A stretch of DNA of 64,000 nucleotides from Chrysomallon squamiferum (GCA_012295275.1 CM022672.1:31930001-31994000); one strand, 5' to 3'. Positions 1 through 20,890 are shown, counted from the stretch's first letter. A program made the numbers and translations. Notes: a model not told the origin generated them from the letters alone.

Positions 1-6706
<6,706 letters not shown>

Positions 6707-7156
6707 AAAAGAATAAACAAAAAATGAATTTGCAGTCTCAATTTCTGTTATTTTTAAGAAGCTGAATATTTCCGTAATTCTGATGGCGGGAACTATAAAG
6801 AAGAAATTATTTTCATTGGAAAGAAACAGAAAGTAATAGAAGTTCATTACTTGTATTGGAATACAGAATAAAAGGAAATAATTTGTTGCTGAATTTCTGA
6901 ATTTAGTGATATTTTAAACTTTTGTGATGAGACAGAAAAAAGGAAAGCCATTATTTACTGAGAGAAGTTTTAAAACATTTTACTGACATATTTTTAACTT
7001 ATCAGTTTTGATAATCAACTGAAATGTTCAAAATATACTTAGAAGTGTTGTTTTTCTAGACAGGAATAAAAAAAAAAAGACACATTATTGTCCTTATTTG
7101 ATGTAATGCAAAACGGAGGAGAGACCTTAAAAAGCTGAATATCTGGCGTGTCTAAT

Positions 7157-7650
7157 AATGTATAGGACAAGCCTAGTTTCATCACAATGTAGAATTGTTT
7201 TAGTATTGATTTTAGTTACATCGCAATGTAGATTTGTTTCATTATTGTTGTTATTTTCATCCAAATGTAGAATTGTTTCATTATTGATTTTAGTAACATC
7301 ACAATGTAGAATTATGTCATTATTTTTTTAGCTTCAACACAATGTAGAATTGTGTCATTATTTCTGTCAGTTTCACCACAAAGTAGAATTGTGTCATTAT
7401 TTCTGTCAGCTTCACCATAATGTAAAATTGTGTCATTATTTTTTTTACGTTTCATCACAATGTAGAATTGTTTCATTATTTTTGTTAGTTTCATCACAAT
7501 GTAGAATTGTGTTATTATTTTTGTTAGTTTCACCACAATGTAGAATTGTGTCATTATTTTTGTTAGTTTCATCACAATGTAGAATTGTGTTATTATTTTT
7601 GTTAGTTTCATCACAATGTAGAATTGTGTTATTATTTTTGTTAGTTTCAG
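7157..7650. repeat. ~39-bp minisatellite (TCATCACAATGTAGAATTGTGTTATTATTTTTGTTAGTT-like), roughly a dozen degenerate copies
   Basis: CACAATGTAGAATTGT recurs about every 39 bp. Confidence 0.9.
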
Positions 7651-8769
7651 TATTTTTGTTAGTTACATCACACGGCAGAGTTGTTCCACAAATATTTGTA
7701 AACATCTGCAACTGATAATACAAGACATTTAAATGTTCCAAGAACAGAAGTGAATTTATGTGTATAGCAAGGCCATTTGGAAATAGAGAAAGTAAAATAT
7801 TTGCATTTTGTTTTTCATCACAATGATGAATTGTGTAATTATTTTTAACTATATGTAATATTGAGTTTATTTGACTGGGCGTGTTCCTGCTTGATGTATT
7901 GTTTTAAGACATTTAAATAACTGTCATGTTTTTTTTCTGTTTTAAACTAATAATACTAATAATAGTTTGAGATGTGTGGTAGGGTTACTGAAAACAATAA
8001 TAATAATAATATGTACAATTACTGTTATAATAAAATATTTAAAATCAAATGCTTCTTATCACATTTCTCAATTTTTATAGACAAAATTCTGTCATGTAGA
8101 GATGTCTGCGATAGTAAGTTTAGCTATCTCTCGTTATCACACTCTGTCTCGCTTCCTCTTACTGTCTTTCTGTGTGCGTATGTTTGTGTGCATGCAGAAA
8201 AGTAATATAGTAGAAACACACGATACCCAGACACTGTACTGATAAAAAAATCTTAATATACAGAGACTCATATACATGTTTTATTTAGTTTTCTTTAGCA
8301 TCATTTATTTAATTTAATTTATGTTTATTTCATTTCCGTTTAATTCATTTTATCTTAATTCGATTATTTATTAATTTTATTTTATTTTATTTTATTTCGA
8401 TTATTTAAATTTTAGTTTATTTCAATTTATTTATTGAATTATTCTAATTTCTAAATATACATTTAAAAATTATTCATTTAAAATTAAAATTCCTAAAGTT
8501 ATAAACAAAAAATAAAAAATAAAAATTATTTATTATAAAAATAAAATATACTAAAAATAAATAAATAAAATTCTGCTGCTGATAAGTATATTAAAAAAAG
8601 TAATTATTTAGTAGAGAAAAAGAAAACATCCATATGTTTCCAAAAATGTGGACTTTTAGTGTAAAAATATTGAGTTAATATTTTTAATTATTAAAATGAA
8701 TTAGATTAAAGAATAATGTACCTGTCTTAGGTCATAATGAGCTTACACGAGTCGCATAAGTATAGTTTG

Positions 8770-8826
<57 letters not shown>

Positions 8827-10182
8827 CACGCGGACGGAAGCTGAATTAAAAATTATAATATCTATCTATTTAACCATCTATTTATCTACCTATATATCTA
8901 CATATCTACATATCTATCCATCTTTCTATCTAGCTATCTATCTATATACATGTAACATGTTTCAGAAACACTCTACGCTGAAATATACGTACATCTGATG
9001 ATGAAAAAAAAAAAAAAAAAAATTATAGTCTCATCACCGACTTTGATATAAAAATACATACAGCCGTAGAATTTATTTCCAGTGAGTTGTGTTTCTTCTT
9101 TTTTTCTGATAATACAATTTTGTACATAGATATTGTGTGTATATATATATATATAAGATTCTCCAAAGTGGCTGTATCAGTAGTCCGTCATACTTTATAG
9201 AAAAACTTTCGTAAATTTGTTTTCACTATTTCCGAGTAACAGACTCTTTTCATAAATATATCATTAAAAAAAGCAATATTTTATGTAACGTAAAACACAG
9301 TGAAATTGAATCTTAAAGCAACTGCACGTCCAAACACTTTGTCTGAGAGTGACGTCAGCAGAGCGTGTTTTCCGCCGAACCACGTGATTTCATGACCATC
9401 GAAGCCAGTGTACCAGCCTCAAAACATCCCCCGCCCCAAAACATCCCCCTTAATTTTGTAACTCTGTATGTTTAAATGTAGCTTAAAGCACACAATCATA
9501 AAATGTAGTAGTTTGAAGCAATATTTATATTTGTTAATTACAGTCAAGGTCGTGTTAAACGTAGTGATTCGGGATTCGTTAACTATCAACTTAATGAGAG
9601 AAATGTGTATGGTAAGTAAACAAGTCAGTTAAGAGATCAAATCAAACTTTAGAGCGCGGATTTGTTCTGTGTACACTGCATAACAATTTGCATTTGATTG
9701 TCCGCGTAAAGTGTAAACTTGGTTATGTGTAAGTCTGTCGAGCTTGAATAAGTGTTCTTATCTGACGCCCGCAACTTTTTAATAATAGCACAACTAGCTA
9801 TCAACAATAACTGATGTTTTCCTAAAGGAAGTCTCCATTTTCAATGCGCGCTGCTGCAGACGCAAGAGCGATATTCGGGAACACTTTCTTACGTCATACG
9901 AGAAACTGTTAAAGTTTTAATCATTAAACTTTGATAAATTATTATTTAAGCTTTCAGTTCAAATTTTAATAAATGTTATTTAAGTTTAATGCCTTAATTC
10001 TAAAATTCTTAAATTATTGAATTTTTGGTTAGCATTCCAACTTTTCACTGTTTGAAAGTGGGTGATACCTGAAAAATAGTTGCCGAGCATTGTTCTAAAG
10101 ACTCTCTCAACACAAAGATATTGTATCAGTACATGATGTGAGAATAAAAATAAAACAACAACAATAACAATAATAAAACTAA

Positions 10183-10217
<35 letters not shown>

Positions 10218-10599
10218 AAATAAATAATATTATTCAGAAAATAAATTTCTTAACCAAAAGTATGTATATATGTATGTATGCATGTATGTATATATATAAA
10301 TATTTGCGTGTGTATTTATAAATTTTATATACATTTATATGTGTGTGTGTGTGTGTGTATGTGTATATATATATATGTCTATATGTATATATGTCTATGT
10401 ATGTATGTTTGTGTGTGTGTGTGTGTATTTACATAATAAATAGTCCTTGATGTAATGTTTTTTCAACTTGTTCAGTTTCAGTTAAGAATTCTACATGTTG
10501 AAGACAACTCACAGCTGTTCCTTTGAATATGTTTGAAGTCTTGTGAAGTTTGTACAGGTAACGTTATCACGGTTCCAGCACAGCAGAGTCAAGTCGAAC

Positions 10600-11450
10600 A
10601 GGATACAGACACAGGATAGTTGATATGTTAAGTAAGGATTTATACACAAGTTGGTAAGTTAAGACAGATACAGAGGATACTTGATGTGTTAAGCATACAA
10701 GCGTTTGTATGATAGCTGGTATGCTAAGTATAAAGAGATACTCAGGATAGCCGGTATGTTAAGGTAAAGTAGATAATCAGGATACTTGATATATTAAGTT
10801 AGGATAATTACACAGGTTACTTGGTATGTTAAGACATGCTATATATATATATATATATATATACACATACATACACATACATACACATACATACACAAAC
10901 ACACACAGAATAGTAGGTATGTTAAGTAATGTTAGATAAACAGGATAGCTGGTATGTTATTTATGGATAGTTATACAAGATATATGGTATATTACGTAAG
11001 GATATATAAAAGGATAGGTGGTATGTTAAATAAGAAGAGATACACATGATTGTTGGGATGTTAAGACAGAATACCAAAGCACAAGACTTTAATTAGGATA
11101 TATATATATCCTGTATATATCCTATTTAAAAAAATATATATATATATATATATACTTTAAATTGGATATATACAGGATATATTTAACTACACATGTCTGT
11201 TAGGATAGATACGAGATAGGAACTATATGCAGAAAACAAGCATACTAGATATGTTATTCAGAATTCTAGTACAGATATTTTAGGTAGGATAGATAAGAAT
11301 GATACATAATAGCACACAACGGAAAGCTATGTAATAGGCAAGATTGCTTGTATATTAAGTACGATATGTGTTCAGGTTACCAGCTATGTTAAGATAGGAT
11401 AGATGGTTATACGTAATACTTAGCATACCAATATACAAGATATATTTGAA
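10600..11450. repeat. Degenerate tandem repeat (ACAGGATAGCTGGTATGTTAAG-like core, roughly 30-40 bp period)
   Basis: CAGGATA...GGTATGTTAAG recurs, interrupted by AT/AC microsatellites. Confidence 0.7.
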
Positions 11451-11814
11451 AGGCGACATATGTAGCATACCATGGCTGGGCGGTTTAATTTTACTTTTAA
11501 CATGCGATGTCGATTTCATGAATAAAAACGCGAGCGTACACACATACATACGAACACACACACACCACAAAGTTACAAATTATTTTTTATTTGTTAATAA
11601 ATGCTACGATTTTTCATTTTGTACACATGGACACTGAGACACACTATTTCTATTTTAATTTCAGTGAGTCAGCATAGTTAATTTCGTTCACGCGTGCACC
11701 CAAACCTTGTATCTACTCTGTCAGTTTATCTTTTAATTACTGCAAATGTGATAACATTGCGCACAAAACATCCTCTAATTCTCTGTAAATTAATACGAGT
11801 AATTGTATTTTTAG

Positions 11815-12738
11815 ATGAGGGGTGTTCTGCAGATTATTGCCAGGGTGATGTTATTCCAGTATTGTGAAAGACACACATTTACCAAAAAAAAAAAAAAAAA
11901 AAAAAAAAAAAACAATGTAAAACATTTTGTCTCAGTAACAAAACATATGGTTATTACTGTGATAAGAACTGTAGTGACAGTTCCTTGGATAAAACATGTA
12001 ACGTTGGACAGGTGATTGTGAACTTTGTTCTTCTGGATTCCATGTAGCACGTTGCCAGCAGACTTCTCACTGAAATAACACCGACGACCAAGGTTTCTGC
12101 ATCGGTGAGTGTTCTCCTGTTGTTTTTTTTTTTTTTTTTTTTTTTCTCCAAAAGTGCGAAGAAGCGTGTCAAGATGATATTTTACACAAAATCTGCAATA
12201 AAAAAAACCGGGGAAACTGTTCTCAATGCTAGGAAAGATTTTGGGGTAAAATTTGTCAGCTTCGTTGTTCAAACAACTGTCTGGCAAATTCCTGTAATAG
12301 AAGCGGGCAATGCTCTCAAGGTTGAAAAGTTGGCTTTTTCGGAATGAACTGCTCAGAGAAATGCAGTGAAAACTGTCTACATGAGGTATGTAACAGGGAA
12401 AATGATCGTATACGGATGGCTGCGTTTCTGGTAAATATTAAGGAGACCGTTGCGACAAAGACTGTTCTTGTCGTTGTCTGAATTCTACGTGTGATCGTAC
12501 AACCAGGAAATGTAAGAACGGATGCAATTGATATTTGTGGGGCATTCTTCAACTATTCTTGTGGCTCGGATTGTTGAAAATATCTCCGGTTAATGCAGAG
12601 CGATTTGCGTCAGCGGAAGAACATTTCAGTGATTTCTGTCCTAGGAATTGTAAAGGATCATGTCATCAGCTTTCAGGACGATGTCTTCATGGCTGTCTTT
12701 CTGGTTACCATGGTATCTAAGGCAACAAATCATGCCCC
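11815..12738 (+). pseudogene. Decayed paralog of the EGF-repeat ectodomain exon
   Basis: Collinear with bases 1-767; for example GTTGGCTTTTTCGGAATGAACTGCTCAGAGAAATGCAG and TGTCATCAGCTTTCAGGACGATGTC are shared. It has in-frame stops (e.g. TAA 12718-12720), frameshifts, and poly-A/poly-T runs at ~11885-11912 and ~12123-12145. No downstream TM or PTP exons were found. Confidence 0.9.
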
Positions 12739-12788
12739 AGCTTTTAGGATTTGATGCAAACGATTACACTTTGTTGGATAATGTAAAT

Positions 12789-13749
12789 CACATGAGTCAA
12801 ACTCAAGGCCCGCGGGCCAAATGTGGCTCGCCACGTCATTTTATGTGGCCCGCGAGAGCTTGAAAGGTATATTAAAATAAGCATGTGCTGCTTTACAGTG
12901 TGCACTGACCATAAACTACATCTCCCACAATGCATTTCGATTATGTTATGTCTGAAGTGACGGCTTTCCGCCTCTAGATAGCAGTGTATCCACATCAGTG
13001 TCAGCGATTTTCCCAGCAAGTGGAATTGAGAAATATCTACTTTTGATCCCAAAATGTCCAGGAACTGAAAAGTTGATGAAGATGGCAGATTGTCCAATAA
13101 TTAAAAGGCGGACTCCAATCGCAGCAAAATATGTTCACAAAAGCTACAGCTAAGAATAATGCAAAAGTGAAAGTTAGCTTTATTGTGGCTGAAGAAATTG
13201 CCGAGTTTCAAAGTCGTTTTCAGATGGTGCATTTTTATATGAGTAACAATGTGTTCACTGAGTTTGCAGGTTTGGGGGTTCGTGCAGACAAACTATCTTT
13301 CATTACTTTAATCAAACCATGTCTCATTAGTTGGATGTACGTACGTCCTCTGCAAGACTCTGTGTATCAATTTGTTTTTGAAATATTCTACATCTGTCAC
13401 CCTTGTTGGTTGTGCTCTAGTTCTACCCCTCTCGACGCTTAATGTTAAAAGTTAATGTCATAACTTGTTTCATTATATGTTTCTTTATTTACGTGAATAG
13501 TTTGATCGTTGATTGATGGAGTAATGTTGGTTTCGTAACGTGATAAACATATTTTCTACATCTATGCAAATGCATATCTTGTTATTTGTAATTTGAATAA
13601 GTAATAAACGTTTACTTAACAATGTTTTAACAAGTAGTTAAATTTATTTTATATTACATTTAGTCACATTTATACTGTATTAACAGTTACCTTTCAGGGC
13701 AACCATAATGCTGATGTGGCCCACAGTGAAAATACGTTTGACATCCCTG
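12789..13749 (+). mobile_element. Internally deleted hAT (Charlie-group, GTF2IRD2/EPM2AIP1-like transposase) DNA transposon
   Basis: Ends are CACATGAGTCAAAC and GTTTGACATCCCTG (imperfect TIR, 9/14). Subterminal GGCCCGCGGGCC and TGTGGCCC motifs are typical of Charlie-type hATs. Transposase remnants: MSRN*KVDEDGRL (13054) and LQSQQNMFTKATAKNNAKVKVSFIVAEEIA. No clean 8-bp TSD. Confidence 0.8.
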
Positions 13750-14059
13750 CCTAAAGCTATCCATGACATTAATAAAATGATGAAACAAGTCTTTTCTTTT
13801 CTTTTCTTCTTATTATATTCATATATGTAAGTTCATGATGTTTAATACAGATGTTCACTGTGCTTATATCAGTAGGTTTACTGTTTTCCTTTGTAGATAG
13901 TGAAAATTGTATCTTAGATAAGCTTGTATTATTTATATGTATTACAAGTTATGTTTTCATATATATATAGATAAATAGATATAGATACACATAAAGGCAA
14001 AAAATTAACTTACCTTAAAATAAATAAAGTTGGCATAATGAACAGAAACCTTTATCTTC

Positions 14060-14530
14060 TTACATATCTTCTTTAGTAGACTGCAACATCCAGTAAAAAT
14101 GAATTAAATTATTTCTTTGTTAGATTGACACATCCAATAAAAAAAGAATCAAATTATTTCTGCATTAAAGAGCTACATACAGTACAAATTACTTATCATT
14201 ATTCTTCATTAGGCTGGTACATCCAATAAATTGGAATCATACTATTTCTTCAGTAAACAGCTAGATCTAAATAAATGACTTATAATCTTTCTTCATTAGA
14301 CTATATATTCAATAATTTTTTTTTTTTTAAATGACATAAAATTTCTTTCTTCATAACAATGCTGTCTCCACTACAAATGGAATTCTACTTCTCTTCATTA
14401 AACCTGCTTTATCCAATAAATACAATTTTCTTCTTAATCAGAATGCTGGATCCAATAAAATTACAAAACTGTTTTCTTCATTAAACTGCTATGTCTAATA
14501 TGACTTTATGTCCTTTCTTCACTGTATTCA
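14060..14530. repeat. Degenerate ~45-50-bp tandem repeat (TTCTTCATTAGACTGCTACATCCAATAAA-like)
   Basis: TTCTTCATTA...ATCCAATAAA recurs. Confidence 0.65.
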
Positions 14531-15253
14531 ATTTGATCCAGTTTGATTTCAGCAACTGAGAGATATCCAATTCATGTCTGTACAGTCTGGTTTACTCATA
14601 TAGTATTACTAAAACAAAACAAAAAAAAAAAAAAAAATGATTTGGAAAAAAAGAAGAAAAAAGAGAAGTAAAATGATCCATTAAACAAAAAACAAAGCAA
14701 TTCCTATTAGTACTACTACTAATATCACTATTATTACTAGTGCTACAACTATAAAAAGTATTACTAATACTACTATTTTAACACCAATTTATTACTGCTA
14801 CTACTTTCAGCACTACAGTTACTGTTACTACTGTCACTACTTTTACTACTGTAATTATAATTACTACTACCATCACTACTCCTACCACCAATATTATTAC
14901 TACTACTACTATCAATACAACTATTACTATTATTACTGTCAATACTATACTACTACTGTTATTGCAACCATAAATATTGCCTTAATTATAATTCTTAAAA
15001 TGATAAAACAAATTATGTTTTTGATAGATAGGAACTTTAGTTAATTTAAACATGGAGGCCATGAATATTTGTTTTGGACCTTAATTATAATTATTACCAT
15101 TATGACAGACTGTTTCTCAGATGACACTTGATAGATGCTTAACAATAACATTAGAAATAAAATATATTTCGTGTCATTTTAATTTGTACAAGCCTGCACT
15201 CTGTCTAAAACGGCACCTATGATTGGTCCCAAATGAATCTGAGTCCACTGCAT

Positions 15254-15288
<35 letters not shown>

Positions 15289-15299
15289 TGCAATTTTAT

Positions 15300-17780
15300 C
15301 CATAACCTAACTTGCAACAATTTGTTAAAGATTCAGCTGAATATAAATGTTATGCTAAAAGAAATAATAATAAAAAAATTAAAAATTAAAATAATGCAAC
15401 ACTAATCCTTTCTATAAACCTAACCATAAACTTACACAAACCACACATTTAACTGTAAACCTAATTCTAATCATAACCAAAATAGTAACTCTAACCTTGA
15501 CTCTGATTCTAGCTCTAGTTTACTTGTAACACTATGATGAATGATTGTTTTAATGAAATAAATGTAATTTTCAATTTTATCTGAAGACTCACACTGAACT
15601 TTAGAAAGTAAATTTTTTAAAAATAAAAGTTATATTAAATTTTATCCTAAGACTAATCAGAAAATATTTCACCTTTTATTTGCATGGTGTCTCTAGATAA
15701 ATGGATAATTAAACTTTACCCTAACCCTCATATGAGGCCTAACCAAAGCCTAATGCTAACACTAGCCTAACCCTAACACTAGCCTAAATGTTACCATAGC
15801 TCTAACCCTGTCAATAACCTTACTTTCAGTAATATGATAAATTAAAGATTTAATGAAATAAAACAGAATTTAAAATATATGCTAACACTCATCATAAACT
15901 TTTCCCAAGTTGATTTTTTAAATAAAAGTTATTTTAAATATTATACTAATACTCAAAGCAATTTGTTTAATTTTTTATCCTAAAATTGTTTTGTATATTC
16001 AAATATATTTGGAGATATATTGATAATTAAATCATCTAACCCTAATTATAATTGCTACCCTTAACCCAAACCTAACCCTCACCTGTTTGATCCCAATATT
16101 CAACATAATTTGTTTCATGTTTCATATGAAAACTACATTAGACAATCAGTTAGATAAATCTATGGTAAACAAAAATCTAACTCCACTCTAATCCTAACAC
16201 TAATCTGAACTCTAACTCTAATGCTAAAAAATATCCCTAACCGTAATGGTAACCATAGCCTTAACCCTAAATATAGCCTTAACCTTACTTGCAACAATGT
16301 GATGAATTAATGATTTTAAGAAATAAAACTTATTTTAAATATTAATCTGATACTCATGTATATTTTAAAAGATATTGTAATTAATCATAACATTTTTCAA
16401 GTTTTATATCAAGAAAATCTAGAACTAAATATATAATCAAATAAACCCTGACCATAATCCTTAAACCAGCCCTAATATTAACCCTAATCATCACCCAAAG
16501 TCAAAGCTTAACCCTTACCCTAACTTTAATTCCAACACTGACCCTAATTCTAAACCTAACCCAACCCTAATGCTAGCCTACACCCATCCATAAACCTTAA
16601 CACTAAGCATAACCTTAACCCTAATGCAAACTGTTAACACTCACCAAAGCAAATAGTTTCACATTAATCTTAAACATAATGTTAACCCTGACCCTAACAT
16701 TAATTATAGCATAACATTATCTGTAATACTGTGATAAACTAAGGCTTTCTTTAAATGTTATTCTAACAATCATAATATATTTTCTCATGTTAACTGTTTT
16801 TGAAATTAAAGATGTCTTTAAATTTTAATCTGAAAGATTATACTAAACTTTTTCAAGGTTTTTTTTATAAAATATAGGTAATTAAATCTAACACTAAGTC
16901 TAACATTAATGCTAACCTAAAACCTGACATTATCACTAACCCTAACCCTAGTCACACCTCTAATGCTAACCTAAAACCTAACATTATCACTAACCCTAAC
17001 CCTAGTCACACCTCTAATGCTAACCTAAAACCTAACACTATCACTAACCCTAAACCTAGTCACACCTCTAATGCTAACCTAAACCCAACTCTATCACTAA
17101 CCCTAACCCTAGTCACACCTCTAATGCTAACCTAAACCCAACTCTATCACTAACCCTAACCCTAGTCACACCTCTAATGCTAACCTAAACCCATCTCTAT
17201 CACTAACACTAACCCTAGTCACACCTCTAATGCTAACCTAAACCCAACTCTATCACTAACCCTAACCCTAGTCACACCTCTAATGCTAACCTAAACCCAA
17301 CTCTATCACTAACCCTAACCCTAGTCACACCTCTAATGCTAACCTAAACCCAACTCTATCACTAATGCTAACACTTGACCTAGCCTTAATGCAACCCCAA
17401 CCCTAGCCATAACTTTACTTGTAACAAGATAAACTATTGGTATTTATGAAATTTTGAGTTTCTTTAAATTCTCTTTAGTTTAACAGGTGCTTAATCTAGC
17501 ACTACCCCTAATTCAAATTCTAACTTTATCCTCAAAATTAACCCTGATCCTGACCATAGCCCTGCTAAGCCTCAGCCTAAGCCTAGCCATAACTTTAGTG
17601 GTAACAAGATGAGTTACGCATGTTTATAAAATAGAAGTTATTTTAAATTCTCTTTAGTTAAATAAATAATTAAATCTAAAACAAATTTAAGCCAATACTA
17701 AACCTAACCCAACTTAAACTCTAACCTTAATACTAAATTAAACCAAATTCTAATGCTAACCCACATGCTAACCCTTAAAG
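15300..17780. repeat. Degenerate (CCCTAA)-like telomeric-hexamer blocks alternating with a recurring AT-rich unit
   Basis: Many CTAACC/CCCTAA variants. TAACCTTACTTG(C/T)AACA...GATGAAT-like segments recur at ~15303, 15520, 15815, 16280, 16710, 17410 and 17590. Confidence 0.75.
16900..17375. repeat. 53/54-bp minisatellite, about 9 copies, built from diverged CCCTAA hexamers
   Basis: Unit CTCTAATGCTAACCTAAACCCAACTCTATCACTAACCCTAACCCTAGTCACAC; period 53 measured between 17066 and 17119. Confidence 0.93.
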
Positions 17781-18101
17781 AATTAAGAAAAAAAAATTTA
17801 AATAAAATTTAAAAATTCAGCTAGTTTTAAAACCAGTTATTTCTTAATCTGGCACAGTTCTTTTTACTTCAAATTTTATCTTAACACTCATCATAAATTT
17901 TTCCAAGTTAACTTTGTAAATTTATAATGATATTACATTTTATCCTGACAAAAATCTAAACTTTCCTGATTTTAATTGTTTCAGATAAAATATGTTTTAA
18001 ATTTGTTCCTCAGACACATCCTAAAACGTTGTGAGTTAATTTTTCTAAATGAAAGCTATACAAAAATTGTCCTCACTTTAAATTTGACAACTTTGTCTTT
18101 A

Positions 18102-18260
18102 TTAGGGTCATTCCGTCTCAAATTACCCCCCCCTCGAATAATAAATTTTAAACCCGACTGTCTCTGATTTTTATGAAACTTGGTATACTTGTTGATTGGG
18201 ATCCCACAACACCAAATCCGAAATGTTAATGGTTTGGGAGATATGGCCCACTTTTTCCTT
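18102..18260 (+). mobile_element. Probable DNA-transposon/MITE terminal fragment
   Basis: Starts TAGGGTCATTCC and contains GATTTTTATGAAACTTGGTATA, a segment type common in invertebrate non-autonomous elements. No partner TIR was found. Confidence 0.35.
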
Positions 18261-18528
18261 GATTTAATTCATACTGAATGAGATAAATAAACCTTGACAG
18301 ACTGAGTACATACATTACTACGCTAATAAACACTATCGTTTCGGTTAATTTATGTACAGCTACTTTTTGAAATGTATATTATATATAAGAATTTTTTTTT
18401 TTTTAAATGAATACAGGAAAAACAAAAAACTTTTAAAATACAAGATGAACAAGAAGAAAAAATAAAAAATAAAATAAAAAGGTAATAAACAAATAAAGGA
18501 ACTCAGTTATTATAGAAATTTTGCACCA

Positions 18529-18585
<57 letters not shown>

Positions 18586-19239
18586 TAATTCATCATTGGT
18601 CTGTTAAAGATTTAGCTTTCTAAATTAATATGGATAAAAGCCATATTCAATTTTTTTTTTTTTTTTTTTTTTTACTTTAGATAATTATGATTAAAAAAAT
18701 TAACATACACGTATTTTAATACAGTTTATTAAAATGAGTATATATTTGGTAAATAACTAATGACTACAAAGAATTGTGGATTGTCAGTCAAAGTTCTTTA
18801 ATGTTGTTAATGAAATAAAGTTATGTAAGGTAATATAAACAGAGTTAACTGGAAAGAAAAAATTATAAATTAAAAAACACAAAGAAATACAACTCTCCAT
18901 AAAATACAAAAAACAAAACAAAAACAAAAAAAACAATCAAAAAACAAAAAACAAAAACACAACAAACATACAAATAAAAATACTTATGTGTATGCAAAGC
19001 TTAGGAAATCAAAAAACAAATGTTACAAAAAACTTTTCCATATGGAAAGTTCAGCTCTCCGCAATGGTAAACTGACTGCTAAGCCTTCTGGGATTTTTTT
19101 ACAACTTTACCAAATGCAAGATTTCCAGAACAAAAAAATTAATAATAATAATAAAATAATATATATATTAAATAGTAAGTTTCTCATTGATGTATTTAAA
19201 CATATAATATGTATTTGATTTTTAATTCTATTGCTATTA

Positions 19240-19307
<68 letters not shown>

Positions 19308-19384
19308 AAGCTATAAAACTTATGAGATTTAACAAGTGTAATCTAAATGTACACCTTACCATAACACATGCACTGACCTTAACC

Positions 19385-19500
19385 CTATACCTAACTATAA
19401 CTATACCTAACTATAACTATACCTAAATATAACTATACCTAACTATAACTATACCTAACTATAACTATACCTAAATATAACTATACCTAACTATAACGAT
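19385..19500. repeat. 16-bp tandem repeat CTAACTATAACTATAC, about 7 copies
   Basis: Directly visible periodicity. Confidence 0.9.
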
Positions 19501-20890
19501 GCTAAATCTAACCCTAACCATAACTCTAGCCATAAATTTACTTTTTCTTAATTCTCAAACATTCAGTTTGAATGATGCTAATACCATTTTTGTCATGTTC
19601 ACTGATTTCATTGGACAGTTAAGTGAACTCACTCTATAAGTCTAATTAAGTGTTCACATCAAACAGAACACCAAGTTTGTTGCTTCCCAAACCAAGGATT
19701 TTTACTTTAACTGTCTCAAACCCCTAAGCCCGTAGCTACAAGATTCCTGCACATGTGGTGAAAACCACAAAATCAAAGTGAAAAGCAAAGCCACAGAGCT
19801 GTACAAATTTAAAAGCTGTAAACTGGCTACATGTTGGTAGCTAATTAATGCAACATAACTTTTACAATTTAGAAACTGTCATTAAATGTCTGTCATTGCA
19901 CATTTCCCTGTAAACAGAACTTTAATTATTTGCATATATTGGCAGTTAAAGGCAGTTTATTTACTGATTATAATTATTAATACACATTTATTTAATAGAG
20001 AGGTTTAGCATAGACGTAACTTTCATGTAACGAACCTGTATCATCTTTTTTAGTGAGATCTTCTCAATACAGGACATGCCTAAATGTGCATGTTTATGCA
20101 TAGTGAAGTATTTACATATGTGCATTTCTGCATCGTTATAGCAATTTTTTAAAACACTGTAAAGGGTTAATCTTCTTTTTTATGATTTTTTAAAATTATC
20201 GTTGCATTTTACTGCTTGGTTTTCACATAAATGATTGCTAAAGATAGATCCCTTTCTCTCCAAAAAAGCTGTGGTTGGACTTATGTACCTTTGGCTGAAT
20301 GAGATTACAATTATTTTGCCTTAAGACATTGCTTAGCTTCTTGCTGAGAAATAGAGTAAAAATGTATTTGTTTGCAAACAAAAATACCAGCCAGTCTGTA
20401 GTTTTGTGTGTACAATGCTGCTGCAAGAGAAACAAATAACAAATAACTTGTATGTTACAACATTTTCTAAAAATAAATTTTCATATTAAATTATGTATCA
20501 GAAAAACCCTGCAATAAAAACAGATTAAAATCGCTCCAAGGCATCTTTGATAACTTTGATATGAAAAAGATTACGAATAGTGATCTGAATAAAATTTGCT
20601 TGCATTTTTCTTTCAGAATCAATGGAGAACCAGAAATTGATTTTGGTCTTTTGACAACAAAAACAATGTATATTATATTTCTGTTTAAACCAAAGCTACA
20701 TATATCCAAATAAAGCTTTGTATGAGTTCTAGAACTATAGTTACTTCCCTTTCTTGGCCTATTTTGAAACAAACTTAGTGCTTTACGTGGAAGCTAAACT
20801 GAAAGTCTATACACAATCAGATACATGAATACATTATGTCTATGCTAAACCTCTTTAATATTTGTCATTTCTCTCTCTCTCTCCAGATGT

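Noticed and set aside
7312-7741. Repetitive ORFs (DETNKNNNTILHC etc.)
   Set aside because: By-products of a 39-bp minisatellite open in several frames on both strands; no splice or domain support.
15300-17780. True telomere or chromosome end
   Set aside because: Hexamers are highly degenerate and flanked by ordinary sequence on both sides.
20155-20170. piggyBac-like end (TTAA CCCTTTACAGTG on the minus strand)
   Set aside because: No matching second terminus or transposase found; too short to support.
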